Assembly (NCBI GenBank): GCA_043745805.1
Contig: JAYTSD010000040.1
Span: forward strand, 1-64,000
Length of the DNA: 64,000 nt
From: Fibrobacteria bacterium
GTDB taxonomy: Bacteria; Fibrobacterota; Fibrobacteria; UBA11236
Direction: 5' to 3'
Positions 28,851-38,259 of the stretch are shown here, piece by piece. Each line of letters begins with the position of its first letter. Position 1 is the first letter of the stretch. The notes below the pieces were generated by a model. The model was not told the DNA's origin. It saw only the letters and a program-made list of their open reading frames with translations, and did not search any database. The translations under genes were made by a program, and so were the position numbers.

Positions 28851-29861
28851 TTAATGAGAGTTTAACGTTTTGATTAGGCGCCTTGAAGAAATAGCTTCAA
28901 GTGAGGGCTTTTTTAATTGCGTTAAAAGATTTATTTTTTTTAGTGCCTGTAAAACCAAACCACAAAAATCAAATTGCCACCAAGCGAATTGATTGTCAGC
29001 TGTAAAGGGAAAGGCATGATGATTATTATGCCAAGCTCCCCCCAAAGAAGGAAGAGCTAGCCAAATATTATTGGTTGCAGTGCCTTTGCAAGCAAATGGA
29101 CGATTTCCTGAAATATGGCAGAAAGAATTCACGGCCCAAACGGCATGATGAACTAAAAAAATACGTGCTAAACCACCCCAAAGAAAACCTTCCCATGCGC
29201 CAAGCCCAGCCAGTGAAAGGGAATGGGTTGGAAAGTACATAACTAACGCACCCACCATGCTAGGAAGTACCAGGCCTAGTAACACCCAAAATAAATACAT
29301 TTGGTTTAGGCGAAATAGCGTGCGGTCTTTTAGTAGGTCGGGTGCAAAGCGTGCCCAGTCTACACTCTCGGCTTTAATTAACCAGCCCATGTGTCCATGC
29401 CACATTCCTTGTAAGAACCCTTTTTTTCCTGCCCCGATAGAACGTGGAGAATGAGGGTCACCCATATCGTCGCTGAAGGCATGATGCTGCCTATGAGCCG
29501 CAGCCCAAAAAATAACTGGCCCCTGCACAGCCATTGATCCCAAAATCACAATGATATTTCGTAATGGGGTAACATATGCATTATGTGAGATTAAGCGGTG
29601 AAATCCAGCTTCTACTCCAAATAAAGTGCCAACATAAAATACTGCGAGTAAAATAATTTTCCACGCCGAGAATTCAAGATTCCAGCCATCTTGCAAGGCC
29701 AGCATAAATCCCAAGGTGGGGATGATCATGACAGCTAAAGCTATTTGCTGTCTAATTTTTTGGGCCTTTCCCTGCAATCCGCTGAGTGGTTTAGGCGTAA
29801 CCGGTTTAAGGGAATTGGGATTTTCCATTTGAAGGGATGAAGTTTGCAAAGAATTCGCCAT
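28851..29861 (-). CDS. Membrane-bound fatty acyl desaturase (paralog of 27828-28835)
   Basis: His boxes HRLISH, HRQHH, HNNHH; GSMAVQGP, SDDMGDPHSP, WHGHMGW, LWGGLAR, WAVNSFCH. Confidence 0.88.
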   Translation of the reverse strand: MANSLQTSSLQMENPNSLKPVTPKPLSGLQGKAQKIRQQIALAVMIIPTLGFMLALQDGWNLEFSAWKIILLAVFYVGTLFGVEAGFHRLISHNAYVTPLRNIIVILGSMAVQGPVIFWAAAHRQHHAFSDDMGDPHSPRSIGAGKKGFLQGMWHGHMGWLIKAESVDWARFAPDLLKDRTLFRLNQMYLFWVLLGLVLPSMVGALVMYFPTHSLSLAGLGAWEGFLWGGLARIFLVHHAVWAVNSFCHISGNRPFACKGTATNNIWLALPSLGGAWHNNHHAFPFTADNQFAWWQFDFCGLVLQALKKINLLTQLKKPSLEAISSRRLIKTLNSH

Positions 29862-29983
29862 ATAAAAATTTCTCTAGTTACCGTAATGCGAGAAGGTAAA
29901 TCGTCCTCAGCTTTTGATCAAGGACATTTAAATCTGCAATAATTTAATTTCCATTCAACTTTGACAAATTATCACAAAACGAG

Positions 29984-31450
29984 CTAATTCTTGAAGCGCT
30001 TCCATTTATGAGCAAGCATGGCTTTTAATTGATTTAATTCTCCATGCCTCCAAAGGTCAATAACTGGGCCCACAAGTACAAAAGTTAGGAGACAAAAACT
30101 CTTTACTACTAGTGAGTTGAATTGTTTAAGGATTAGGAATGTTACTATTCCTAATCCAAAAAGAGTGATGGCTCGACCCCAAAAATAGGGAACAGGATAA
30201 TGTCTTTGTGCTAAAATAAAAGTGCCGATTAAATAAACGAAATAGGCGATAGCCGTTGCTGTAGCTGCTCCTACCGCACCGTAATGTGGTATTAAAATAA
30301 AATTAAATATTAAATTGATTCCAGCTGCTCCGGCCATAATGCCCATTTCAGCAATTAATTTTTTGCGGAGATGAATTCCTGCCGAAACACAATACTGTAA
30401 TCCATTGAACATAACCGCTAAAACTAAAAATGTGACCACCGGCCCTGCCGCATCAAATTTGCCATGCCCTAAAAAATGTAAAGCCTGGTTTTGAAATATT
30501 TGCAAGCCCAGAAATATACAGATTAACAGAAGAAAAAAATAATGTGTGACCCTTGCGAAAATATGAGGTGCTTCAGGATTTTTGCTGAGTGAATAAAAGA
30601 ACGGTTGCCAAGCATATAAAAAGGGCACTAGTAATAAGATATCCATAATAGCAGCTACGCGAGCCCCCATAGAAAATAGCCCCACTTCCGAAAGCCCTTG
30701 CCAATAAGGTAACATATAGCGATTGGCAATTTCTAAAACTTTTCGGCATAATAAATTAGGTAACATGGGAAGTCCGAAGGCAAAAAGCGGCGCTAAGCGT
30801 GACCATTGCCAATTTAGCTGCAATTGCGGGATAAATAATAAGCTAAGGATAATTGCTGTTCCACCAACTCCTAAAAGATTCCCCCATAACATGCCGGGCA
30901 AACCCCAATTTAAAGCCATGATAAAATAAAGATTCCCACTCGCGATTAAAAGAAATGTCGCTAAAGACCAAAGTGCAAAGGCCTTCGAGCGTTGTTGGGT
31001 TTTGTAAAGTTGTAAAGGTAATTGTTGTAATACCATTGCTAAATAAAGCCAGGCCGTAAGGCGAATCCAAAGCGCTTGCCCCTCTTGATGAAAGAGTATT
31101 CGTGAAATAGGTTCTGCAAATACGAGCAGGCCTAAAGTGGTTAACCCAGCCAACGGTAACAAAAAGGTAACTAGTGCCCCAAGAAGTTTTTTTCTTTCCG
31201 ATTCCGGCATAATAGCACCATTATCACCGGGTAAATAAAAGCCACGCACTAATCCTTGCGGTAAACCTAAGGATGTAAATAAGGCTAAAGTTATTGCAAG
31301 CTGATACAACATATCCATTGCACCAAATTCGGCGGTGGTGAAATAACGGGCATAGAGAGGAATGAGTATAAATGACAAACCTCTTTGCAGAAGATTTGCT
31401 GCCATATAAAGTGCCGAATGACTAAGTAATTTACCTATTCGATTACTCAT
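29984..31450 (-). CDS. wzx: Wzx-type oligosaccharide flippase
   Basis: Multi-pass MOP-family protein; FILIPLYARYFTTAEFG, FAFGLPMLPN, EVGLFSMGAR, NFILIPHYGAVGAATAT. Confidence 0.88.
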   Translation of the reverse strand: MSNRIGKLLSHSALYMAANLLQRGLSFILIPLYARYFTTAEFGAMDMLYQLAITLALFTSLGLPQGLVRGFYLPGDNGAIMPESERKKLLGALVTFLLPLAGLTTLGLLVFAEPISRILFHQEGQALWIRLTAWLYLAMVLQQLPLQLYKTQQRSKAFALWSLATFLLIASGNLYFIMALNWGLPGMLWGNLLGVGGTAIILSLLFIPQLQLNWQWSRLAPLFAFGLPMLPNLLCRKVLEIANRYMLPYWQGLSEVGLFSMGARVAAIMDILLLVPFLYAWQPFFYSLSKNPEAPHIFARVTHYFFLLLICIFLGLQIFQNQALHFLGHGKFDAAGPVVTFLVLAVMFNGLQYCVSAGIHLRKKLIAEMGIMAGAAGINLIFNFILIPHYGAVGAATATAIAYFVYLIGTFILAQRHYPVPYFWGRAITLFGLGIVTFLILKQFNSLVVKSFCLLTFVLVGPVIDLWRHGELNQLKAMLAHKWKRFKN

Positions 31451-32616
31451 GAGAACACCTTAGGACTTACATTTTTTTTTAAGTACTTTGGGAAACTCTG
31501 GAACAATTTAGCATACTCTTGCGCAATACGCTCCCAGCGATATCGTCTGATGGCAATGGTTTTCAAAAGAGTTCTTTGTTTATCCCATTCCTCTTGACGG
31601 ACTTCATTTAATAGTTTTACTAATTCAGTGGCATTCGAAAAATAACAGGCGATATTTTCAGTGGTAGCACGATTGTAAATTACGTTAAAGGCGGCAATAG
31701 GTAAAGATAAATGCATCGCTTCGACCAGACTAGGATTTGTGCCACCTGCGGAATGACCATGTATATAAAGGGCCGCATGGCAACGTAACATATTTAATTC
31801 TTTGGCATCATAAATAGCTTCTAATAAATGCAGATGTTGAAAATTTTGATATTGAATTTTTAAATCACGACCATAAGGGGTCCTATCCCAATTTCCCACA
31901 AACACAAAAGTTTTATTCGTCACTTTGCTAAATGCTTCCAAAAGCACATCAGGATTATTATCGGCTTGAATTCTTGCTACGGAAAAAACATAAGCAGACT
32001 GCAAAAAATTATATTTCAACCGATGTTCATTTTCAATTTCGGGGCTAGTAATTTGATCGCCACCGTATTCAATTAAAGTGCTTTTTCGCCCATAACTTTT
32101 TTGTAAATAGTCACCGATACCTTGATTATCGGAAACATTAATATTCGCAGAGCGAACGGCTACCGCTTCGGAAAAATGCAAAAAGCGACTGGCCCAGCGC
32201 CCCCATTTACGTCTTTGCCAATCGAGTCCACCGATATTAAGTATAGTAGGTTTACGGAAGATGCGAGTTAAGGGTAAAGCCAAACCACCCGATACACCTA
32301 ATACCAGCAAAATATCGGCATGCCACCATGCATGTAAATAATTACAAAAATCAAAAAGTATACTTTGCGCTCCATTGGCGCGCAAGGGAAAATAAACTAA
32401 AGTCGCCTGCAAGAAAGTTTTGGGTTTCTCTTTATAATCCGGCCCACTACAATAAACGGTGAAGGAAAAATCTTTTCCTAAATATTCCACCAAGTAATGA
32501 ACTAAAGTTTCAAAGCCACCGTAACTTGCAGGTAAACCTACGGTTCCGATAATGGCAACCTTGAGTTGTTTGGGAGGCATAGCTTGGGAACTCTCCATTT
32601 TGGAATTAGGTAACAT
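31447..32616 (-). CDS. GT4 glycosyltransferase with DUF1972 N-terminus (WchF/RgpA-like)
   Basis: IIGTVGLPASYGGFET, NIGGLDWQRRKWG, YIHGHSAGGTNPSLVEAM. Confidence 0.88.
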   Translation of the reverse strand: MLPNSKMESSQAMPPKQLKVAIIGTVGLPASYGGFETLVHYLVEYLGKDFSFTVYCSGPDYKEKPKTFLQATLVYFPLRANGAQSILFDFCNYLHAWWHADILLVLGVSGGLALPLTRIFRKPTILNIGGLDWQRRKWGRWASRFLHFSEAVAVRSANINVSDNQGIGDYLQKSYGRKSTLIEYGGDQITSPEIENEHRLKYNFLQSAYVFSVARIQADNNPDVLLEAFSKVTNKTFVFVGNWDRTPYGRDLKIQYQNFQHLHLLEAIYDAKELNMLRCHAALYIHGHSAGGTNPSLVEAMHLSLPIAAFNVIYNRATTENIACYFSNATELVKLLNEVRQEEWDKQRTLLKTIAIRRYRWERIAQEYAKLFQSFPKYLKKNVSPKVFS

Positions 32617-33491
32617 TAACGTCGCACAAGCTTTAAAGTTTCAGCCATATGGCCTTGGGTAGAGGCTCCGAAAACCACCGACTTAATGCCTTGGTTGCGA
32701 ACATAGTCTAAAGCCTCAGTCGGAGGAATTGCTCCAGAGGCATAAACCGACATGGCGGTGATAGGATAAATTTGAGGTTTTTGAAAATAGTTTTCATAGG
32801 CTTTTATATCAGGAGACATCAAATAACCCGCCTTATTAACAGACCCACAAATGGTGGCTCTTTCAATTCCACATTCTTGCAAGAAGGCGGACAAGCGAGG
32901 AATATTCATGGTGAGGAAGCCTGGTGTGGCAGCGTATTTTTTTTCAATGTATTGACAATAAGCAATAAAAATATCTTTTAGTTTTAGGCCGAGTAATAAA
33001 TCGGTAATGATATTTTGCAAGTACACTACTTTGAACGGTAGTTTTCGATAAATTTTCATCTCAACATCGATGAGCATTTCCATAACCTTAGTCATATCAC
33101 CCGTTAAGGCCCCAATACTTTTGCCCGCCATGCCAATAAGATTCCAAGCCGATTGACCTGAAATAACATCTTGAATGGCGCTGAGTATTCCTTTTTCAGC
33201 AACCAAATTCGCATATTTATGAGGATAGGGAATTGACGGATACATAACTAAATCTTTGAATTCATTTTTATGTGATCGAAAATAATCACATATAGTTTCA
33301 GCTTTATCATTGGAATTAAGCATAAAAGAATGAATGCCTAAATCATAAGCAGTGTGATAAGCGCGATAAATTTTATTCAAATCATTAAATCGTTCAGCTA
33401 ATTGTTGGGCTTTTTCTTGTGACATATGATTTATGCCAAAAAATTGATTGTCGCCTAAAATTAAATCATCGAGTTGTAAGGCTTGTGACAT
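32616..33491 (-). CDS. Conserved hypothetical protein, probable TIM-barrel (aldo-keto-reductase-like)
   Basis: LILGDNQFFGINHMS at the N-terminus; AMSVYASGAIPP and SVVFGAST at the C-terminus. Tightly coupled to both neighbours. Confidence 0.65.
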   Translation of the reverse strand: MSQALQLDDLILGDNQFFGINHMSQEKAQQLAERFNDLNKIYRAYHTAYDLGIHSFMLNSNDKAETICDYFRSHKNEFKDLVMYPSIPYPHKYANLVAEKGILSAIQDVISGQSAWNLIGMAGKSIGALTGDMTKVMEMLIDVEMKIYRKLPFKVVYLQNIITDLLLGLKLKDIFIAYCQYIEKKYAATPGFLTMNIPRLSAFLQECGIERATICGSVNKAGYLMSPDIKAYENYFQKPQIYPITAMSVYASGAIPPTEALDYVRNQGIKSVVFGASTQGHMAETLKLVRR

Positions 33492-33492
33492 A

Positions 33493-34560
33493 TTAAATTC
33501 CTCCGTTCATGCGGCTATCGGTGAATATCCAATCCATGATGTCTTGGGTTTTTGCCGCCTCATTAAAACTGCTGATATTATTTTGTTTGGGTTGCAATAC
33601 GCAATCCACGAAATGATAAATTTGTCGAGTGAATTCATTGCCCCGTACATAAAAGGGTACGGGTGTCATGAGTTCGGTGATGTAAATAGTATTCCAGCCT
33701 TTGCGATAAGGTCCTTTATCTTGTTTCAGATAAATTTTTAATTCATGCTGATCGGCTAAAATTTTCCCCTCTTCTCCTAAAATCTCAATTTTATTAGTGG
33801 GTTTGCGGCAACTTTCGTCGCTCCAGTTCACAAATAAGGAACCGATTAATCCATTCGAATAAATAAAAGTACTACGTACTATATCTTCTGCATGCGCAGA
33901 GTATAAAGAACTTAAATGCGAACCCATAACTTTTTCGGGTTTGCCGAGTAAATAAACCACTAAATCAATTGCATGCGAACCAAATTCATAAAGGCAACCT
34001 CCACCGTTTTCTCTTTTAGATCGCCAACCGCTTCCGCTATCTTTTTGTACTACGGTTCGTCCAAACATTTCCGATCGAAAACTCAAAGTTTTTCCGATAT
34101 AGTTTTCTGCAAGTAATTGCTTCACCTTCATAAAAACATCATTAAACCGATTTACGTAACCCACCTGTAACCCCAAGCTAGAGGCTTTATTTTTTTGCTC
34201 AGCCATTTGCAAAACCCGATGGGATTCCGCTAAAGTTAAGGTGAAAGGCTTTTCCACAAAAACGGATACATCTTTTGCTAAACAGGCTTCTATCATAGCC
34301 GCATGCATACTGGGAGGCGTACAAATCAGCACTAGATCTAATTTTTCGTCCGCTAACATTTTTTGATAATCGCCAAATAATTTTATATCGGGACGATAGC
34401 GTCCGAGTGCGCTACTGACTAAGCTAGAATCTTCAGCTACCGCAGTAACTTCTACTTGCGGGTGACTTCCCAGTAAGGAAAAATGAGTAATTCCCATGCG
34501 GCCAGCTCCAATGATACCGGCTTTAAGGAGGCGTGATGTGTTGGTGGACAATGTATTCAT
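33493..34560 (-). CDS. Gfo/Idh/MocA family NAD(P)-dependent oxidoreductase
   Basis: GIIGAGRMG, ICTPPSMH, FVEKPF, VGYVNRF, GGGCLYEFGSHAIDL. Confidence 0.92.
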   Translation of the reverse strand: MNTLSTNTSRLLKAGIIGAGRMGITHFSLLGSHPQVEVTAVAEDSSLVSSALGRYRPDIKLFGDYQKMLADEKLDLVLICTPPSMHAAMIEACLAKDVSVFVEKPFTLTLAESHRVLQMAEQKNKASSLGLQVGYVNRFNDVFMKVKQLLAENYIGKTLSFRSEMFGRTVVQKDSGSGWRSKRENGGGCLYEFGSHAIDLVVYLLGKPEKVMGSHLSSLYSAHAEDIVRSTFIYSNGLIGSLFVNWSDESCRKPTNKIEILGEEGKILADQHELKIYLKQDKGPYRKGWNTIYITELMTPVPFYVRGNEFTRQIYHFVDCVLQPKQNNISSFNEAAKTQDIMDWIFTDSRMNGGI

Positions 34561-35708
34561 GAGTGGACTTTCAAAAGTTGATGTTCAATACGCTCCGCAG
34601 CGCGAGACCAAGTAAAATTTTCGAGAACATAGCGTCGACCCGCTTCCCCTCTTCGTTGGCAATATTGCGGATCATTTAATAATGTGTCGATGCTTTGGGT
34701 TAATGCAGGAATATTTCCTAAAGGAAAATATTCTAATAAATCGCCATAAATACTTTTAAAGACGGCTAAATCTGAAGCTATGCATGGCTTGCCGAAATAT
34801 AATGCTTGCATGGGAGGCATGCCAAAACCTTCAAATCCAGTTGGATAAATAACTAGGTCACATTGGCGAAACAAACTCCATAAATCATTATCGGTAACAT
34901 AGCCATGAAAATAAATATGGGGAGATGCTTGAGCAAGATTTTTGAGAGCAGCCATGTCTGCGCCTGTTCCGCAAATATGCAAATCGGCATTTTGTTGTAA
35001 TTCCAAAAAGGCTTTAATTAAATGAGGAATATTTTTGCTATCCACTAAACGACCTACAAAAAGTAATTGCTTGCGTGTTTTATTTAGAGGTAACGATTCA
35101 GTTACTATTGATTGATAGGGCATTTGTTGGGGATCAATACCCGGATAAATGGGTTCTGCGATTTTCTTTCCATTTAACCATTGTTCATTATATTTACGGG
35201 ACAATTCGGAATTGGGAAATAATATTTGACTTCCTAAATAGGCTTGGCGTGTATGCTCCCAAAGCGATTGCGTATAAGTATCAAATCCCCTTTTAAATGT
35301 CGCTTCACCCCAAATCTCTTTCATCCACGGTGGGCATTCATAAATAAAATTGGCGACGGGAATTTTAAAATGGCGACCTAAAATTTCGGCCTTAATAGCG
35401 GAATAAGTTAATACGCCTAATATCCAATCAGGTTGCATGCGCTTTATGGCAGAGCGAAGTTGAAATGTTTCACAAACACGAGAAAGCCATCGATCACATT
35501 TTGTTAGAAAACGACCACGCCGAGGAAAATGGGGACGAAAATGAAGGGAAATATTCTCACCTGCACTAATCCAACCTTTGTCATGAACCGCATAGATACT
35601 GATTTTATGACCACGAAGCGCTAAAAATTCAGCGAATTTAAATAACGCATAAAATCCCCCACCCGCAGCATGTGGTTCATCGTTTTCTACAATAAAAAAC
35701 AATTTCAT
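34557..35708 (-). CDS. Glycosyltransferase family 4
   Basis: AGGG, PIYPGID, FVGRLVDSKN, PTGFEGFGMPPMQA. Confidence 0.9.
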   Translation of the reverse strand: MKLFFIVENDEPHAAGGGFYALFKFAEFLALRGHKISIYAVHDKGWISAGENISLHFRPHFPRRGRFLTKCDRWLSRVCETFQLRSAIKRMQPDWILGVLTYSAIKAEILGRHFKIPVANFIYECPPWMKEIWGEATFKRGFDTYTQSLWEHTRQAYLGSQILFPNSELSRKYNEQWLNGKKIAEPIYPGIDPQQMPYQSIVTESLPLNKTRKQLLFVGRLVDSKNIPHLIKAFLELQQNADLHICGTGADMAALKNLAQASPHIYFHGYVTDNDLWSLFRQCDLVIYPTGFEGFGMPPMQALYFGKPCIASDLAVFKSIYGDLLEYFPLGNIPALTQSIDTLLNDPQYCQRRGEAGRRYVLENFTWSRAAERIEHQLLKVHS

Positions 35709-37003
35709 TTTCGACCGCGATGTTTTTGTTGGTAGGCATATTCACATGCTCGACTCACAACTATTCCGCGATGATTCCAAGTATGGGCGGATAAAATACG
35801 CGCACGCGCATCTGCACCTAACATGGCATCAGGTGATGCCGTGCTAATGCGATCAAAGGCCTTTTCTAAACATTGCGCTAAAGCATGAGGATCTCTGGCA
35901 TCGTAAAGCAGCGGAGAGGAGAGACCACCTAGCATTTCTTCAATTTGTCCTAAGTGTGGAGCAATAATTAATTTGCCTACACTCATGGCTTCAAAAAGTT
36001 TCATGGGTGAGAAATAAAAAAAATCACTATGTGGGTAGGGAATAGCCATGCAATCAGCAAGGTCAATATGCTCACCCATACGAGTATAAGGTAATGGGCC
36101 GGTAAAAACAAATTGTTGTTTACGTATTTCTTCTGGTACTTTTTGCAAAGCTAAACTTTGCGGATCATCCACAGCCCCAATGAATAATAATTTGAGCTTT
36201 GTTTCTTTTTGCAATAAAGGTAAGGCTGCTGAAATTAAAAGATCCACTCCATGCCAAGCACGTAAATTCCCTGAGAATCCAATCACTTTGCAGTCTTGCA
36301 AATTATATTCTTTGCGCAGGTTTTCGCGAGCTATGGGTAATGAAGGTTTAAACTGTTCGGGATGAACTCCATTAGGGGTATAGAACAATTTCTGTGGCGA
36401 AATTTTCTTTTGCTTCCAAAGCTCTCCGCAGGGTTGACTGATATATAATAGCGCGTCCGAATTTTTTGCACGCCAAGTATCAAAAGGCTTTACCCACTTT
36501 GAGTTTAGCCCCCAATAATAATCTAATTCTTCAACCGGACCATCGCATTCCATAACTAAGGGTAGGCGACGTAACTTGGAGGTAACCACAAAAGAAAGGA
36601 TATGATCGGGCCTTGCCATGAGTACATCGGGTTGAACTTTTTTTACCCAGTTTATTTCCACGGGTACATACCGTAAGGAGGATATTATTTGCCGATATAA
36701 TCCTTTTAATGTGGGTTTTCCTTCTACCACTTTGCCTAAAGCGGCTTTTGGTGTGGGTGCAGAGCTTGTCGCAGCGGAGTCGTGTCTACCCAGAGTGTTT
36801 GGCCGCGGAGGATAATAAACATGAAAGTTTTCACTTTGATAACTTTCCATTAAATCATAATAAAAAGCAGGTGGGCGAAAATATGGATTTAAATAACAAA
36901 GGGTAACGTGATGCCCTTGATCAGCCAAAGCCTTTGCATATTCTAGAGAACGAAGAATTGAAGCAAAAGCTGTAGTCATATAATTGAAATAAAGAATTTT
37001 CAT
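35705..37003 (-). CDS. Glycosyltransferase family 4
   Basis: TPNGVH, GFSGNLRAWHGVD, YFSPMKLFEAMSVG. Confidence 0.9.
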   Translation of the reverse strand: MKILYFNYMTTAFASILRSLEYAKALADQGHHVTLCYLNPYFRPPAFYYDLMESYQSENFHVYYPPRPNTLGRHDSAATSSAPTPKAALGKVVEGKPTLKGLYRQIISSLRYVPVEINWVKKVQPDVLMARPDHILSFVVTSKLRRLPLVMECDGPVEELDYYWGLNSKWVKPFDTWRAKNSDALLYISQPCGELWKQKKISPQKLFYTPNGVHPEQFKPSLPIARENLRKEYNLQDCKVIGFSGNLRAWHGVDLLISAALPLLQKETKLKLLFIGAVDDPQSLALQKVPEEIRKQQFVFTGPLPYTRMGEHIDLADCMAIPYPHSDFFYFSPMKLFEAMSVGKLIIAPHLGQIEEMLGGLSSPLLYDARDPHALAQCLEKAFDRISTASPDAMLGADARARILSAHTWNHRGIVVSRACEYAYQQKHRGRK

Positions 37004-38259
37004 TGAAGAACCATATTTTTATTTTCACTATTGGTTGGCGTAAGGCCGTAAGCATACGACTTTAATAATTGATAAAAGCGAGCTACCGAAGCGCACTGTT
37101 CAAAATTTTCACGCACAGAGATTTCGGCTGCTTTCCCGAGGGCTTGGCGGAGAGTGGGGCTTTTCATTAAATCTGTCATGATGGATTTTAAATGTTCTGC
37201 TGATCCCGTGTTAAATAATTGCCCATCAACTCCATTACGAATCATTTCAGGAATTCCATGTAACTCAGGTGCTATTACCGCCAAACCACAGGCCATAGCT
37301 TCCATAATGACAAAAGGAGATCCTTCGCTGACACTCGACAAAATAAAAATATCCGCTTTTTTATATTCAAGCCAAACCTCTTGAGAAGGTATGGCACCCA
37401 CAAGAGTGACATACTCTTCTAATTGCAAAGTTTTTATTTGCTGTTCAAGGGCAATTCGCAAGGGACCTTCACCAATAATTCGTAAATGAAAATCGAAGCC
37501 TTCTTGCATCAGCTCGGCGCAGGCCTCAAGTAAGAGATGTTGTGCTTTCTGCCAGATTAATCTCCCTACAGTTAAGAGTTGCAATGGCGAATTTAGCGTA
37601 GGATTTTCTTTATTTTGTGCAGGGGGAATATTCAAAAGATCTATTCCAAAGGGTATGATGTGCAAAGTGGGATGATTACTTATAGGCAGGATTTTACGTA
37701 AAAAGGCAGCATTATATTCAGTCGCTAAGCGTGTGAATTGAGCATGCGCTAATTTTTCCTTTTGCAAAACTTTGTCTATAAAAATATCGCTTCCATGCGC
37801 GGTGAGGCTATAACTTAAACCATAGATTTTGTTTAATACCAGTGCAATTGTAGCTCCGCCAAAAAGAAAATGAACATGCAAGTGACGGTAACCATTTTTA
37901 CGAAAAATAGGGTAAAGGTAAATCGCTTCTGCAAAATGGAAAATCGTCCTTAGGCGCTGCTTAAATTTTAAGTCTGAATTAGTTAAAATCCAAAGTAAAC
38001 ATTTTGTGAACTTAAACGGTTGTTCTAAAAAAGCTTTTAAGTGTCGACCTATCAGCAAGGAATAATTTATAGGAAATATATAAGTGGTTTCCTGATAAAA
38101 TCGTGTAAAGGCTTTTGGGAATTCTTTGGCGCTTGGTCTTTGAACCGCAAAGAGATCTATTTTAGCACCCTGTTTTCTCAGTTCATCCACTTCATCATTA
38201 ATGAAAGTGCTGGAATATAAAGGAAAGGAATGTATAAGGTAAGCTATTATTTCCGCCAT
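37000..38259 (-). CDS. Glycosyltransferase family 4 (WcaL-like)
   Basis: FPLYSSTFINDEV, HLHVHF, SLTAHGSDIF, TVGRLIWQK, SEGSPFVIMEAMACG. Confidence 0.9.
   Translation of the reverse strand: MAEIIAYLIHSFPLYSSTFINDEVDELRKQGAKIDLFAVQRPSAKEFPKAFTRFYQETTYIFPINYSLLIGRHLKAFLEQPFKFTKCLLWILTNSDLKFKQRLRTIFHFAEAIYLYPIFRKNGYRHLHVHFLFGGATIALVLNKIYGLSYSLTAHGSDIFIDKVLQKEKLAHAQFTRLATEYNAAFLRKILPISNHPTLHIIPFGIDLLNIPPAQNKENPTLNSPLQLLTVGRLIWQKAQHLLLEACAELMQEGFDFHLRIIGEGPLRIALEQQIKTLQLEEYVTLVGAIPSQEVWLEYKKADIFILSSVSEGSPFVIMEAMACGLAVIAPELHGIPEMIRNGVDGQLFNTGSAEHLKSIMTDLMKSPTLRQALGKAAEISVRENFEQCASVARFYQLLKSYAYGLTPTNSENKNMVLQ

Noticed and set aside
27828-29861. Desaturases as housekeeping membrane-fluidity (DesC/OLE1) or front-end delta-5/6 enzymes
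   Set aside because: Their linkage to a dedicated PKS-type ACP and FAAL, the absence of cytochrome b5 and the GQGP/GDPHSP context point to carrier-bound specialised desaturation. Not fully excluded without phylogeny.
23137-29861. Complete caryoynencin/protegenin-type polyyne antibiotic cluster
   Set aside because: The desaturase-thioesterase fusion, rubredoxin and tailoring/export genes are absent from the window; only the core resembles it.
29960-29980. TTTGACAAATTATCACAAAAC between wzx and the desaturases as a CRP/Rex/FNR site or a second copy of the 48747 motif
   Set aside because: Only one half-site matches any consensus, which is too degenerate in AT-rich DNA. An internal promoter in this 122-nt gap remains possible.
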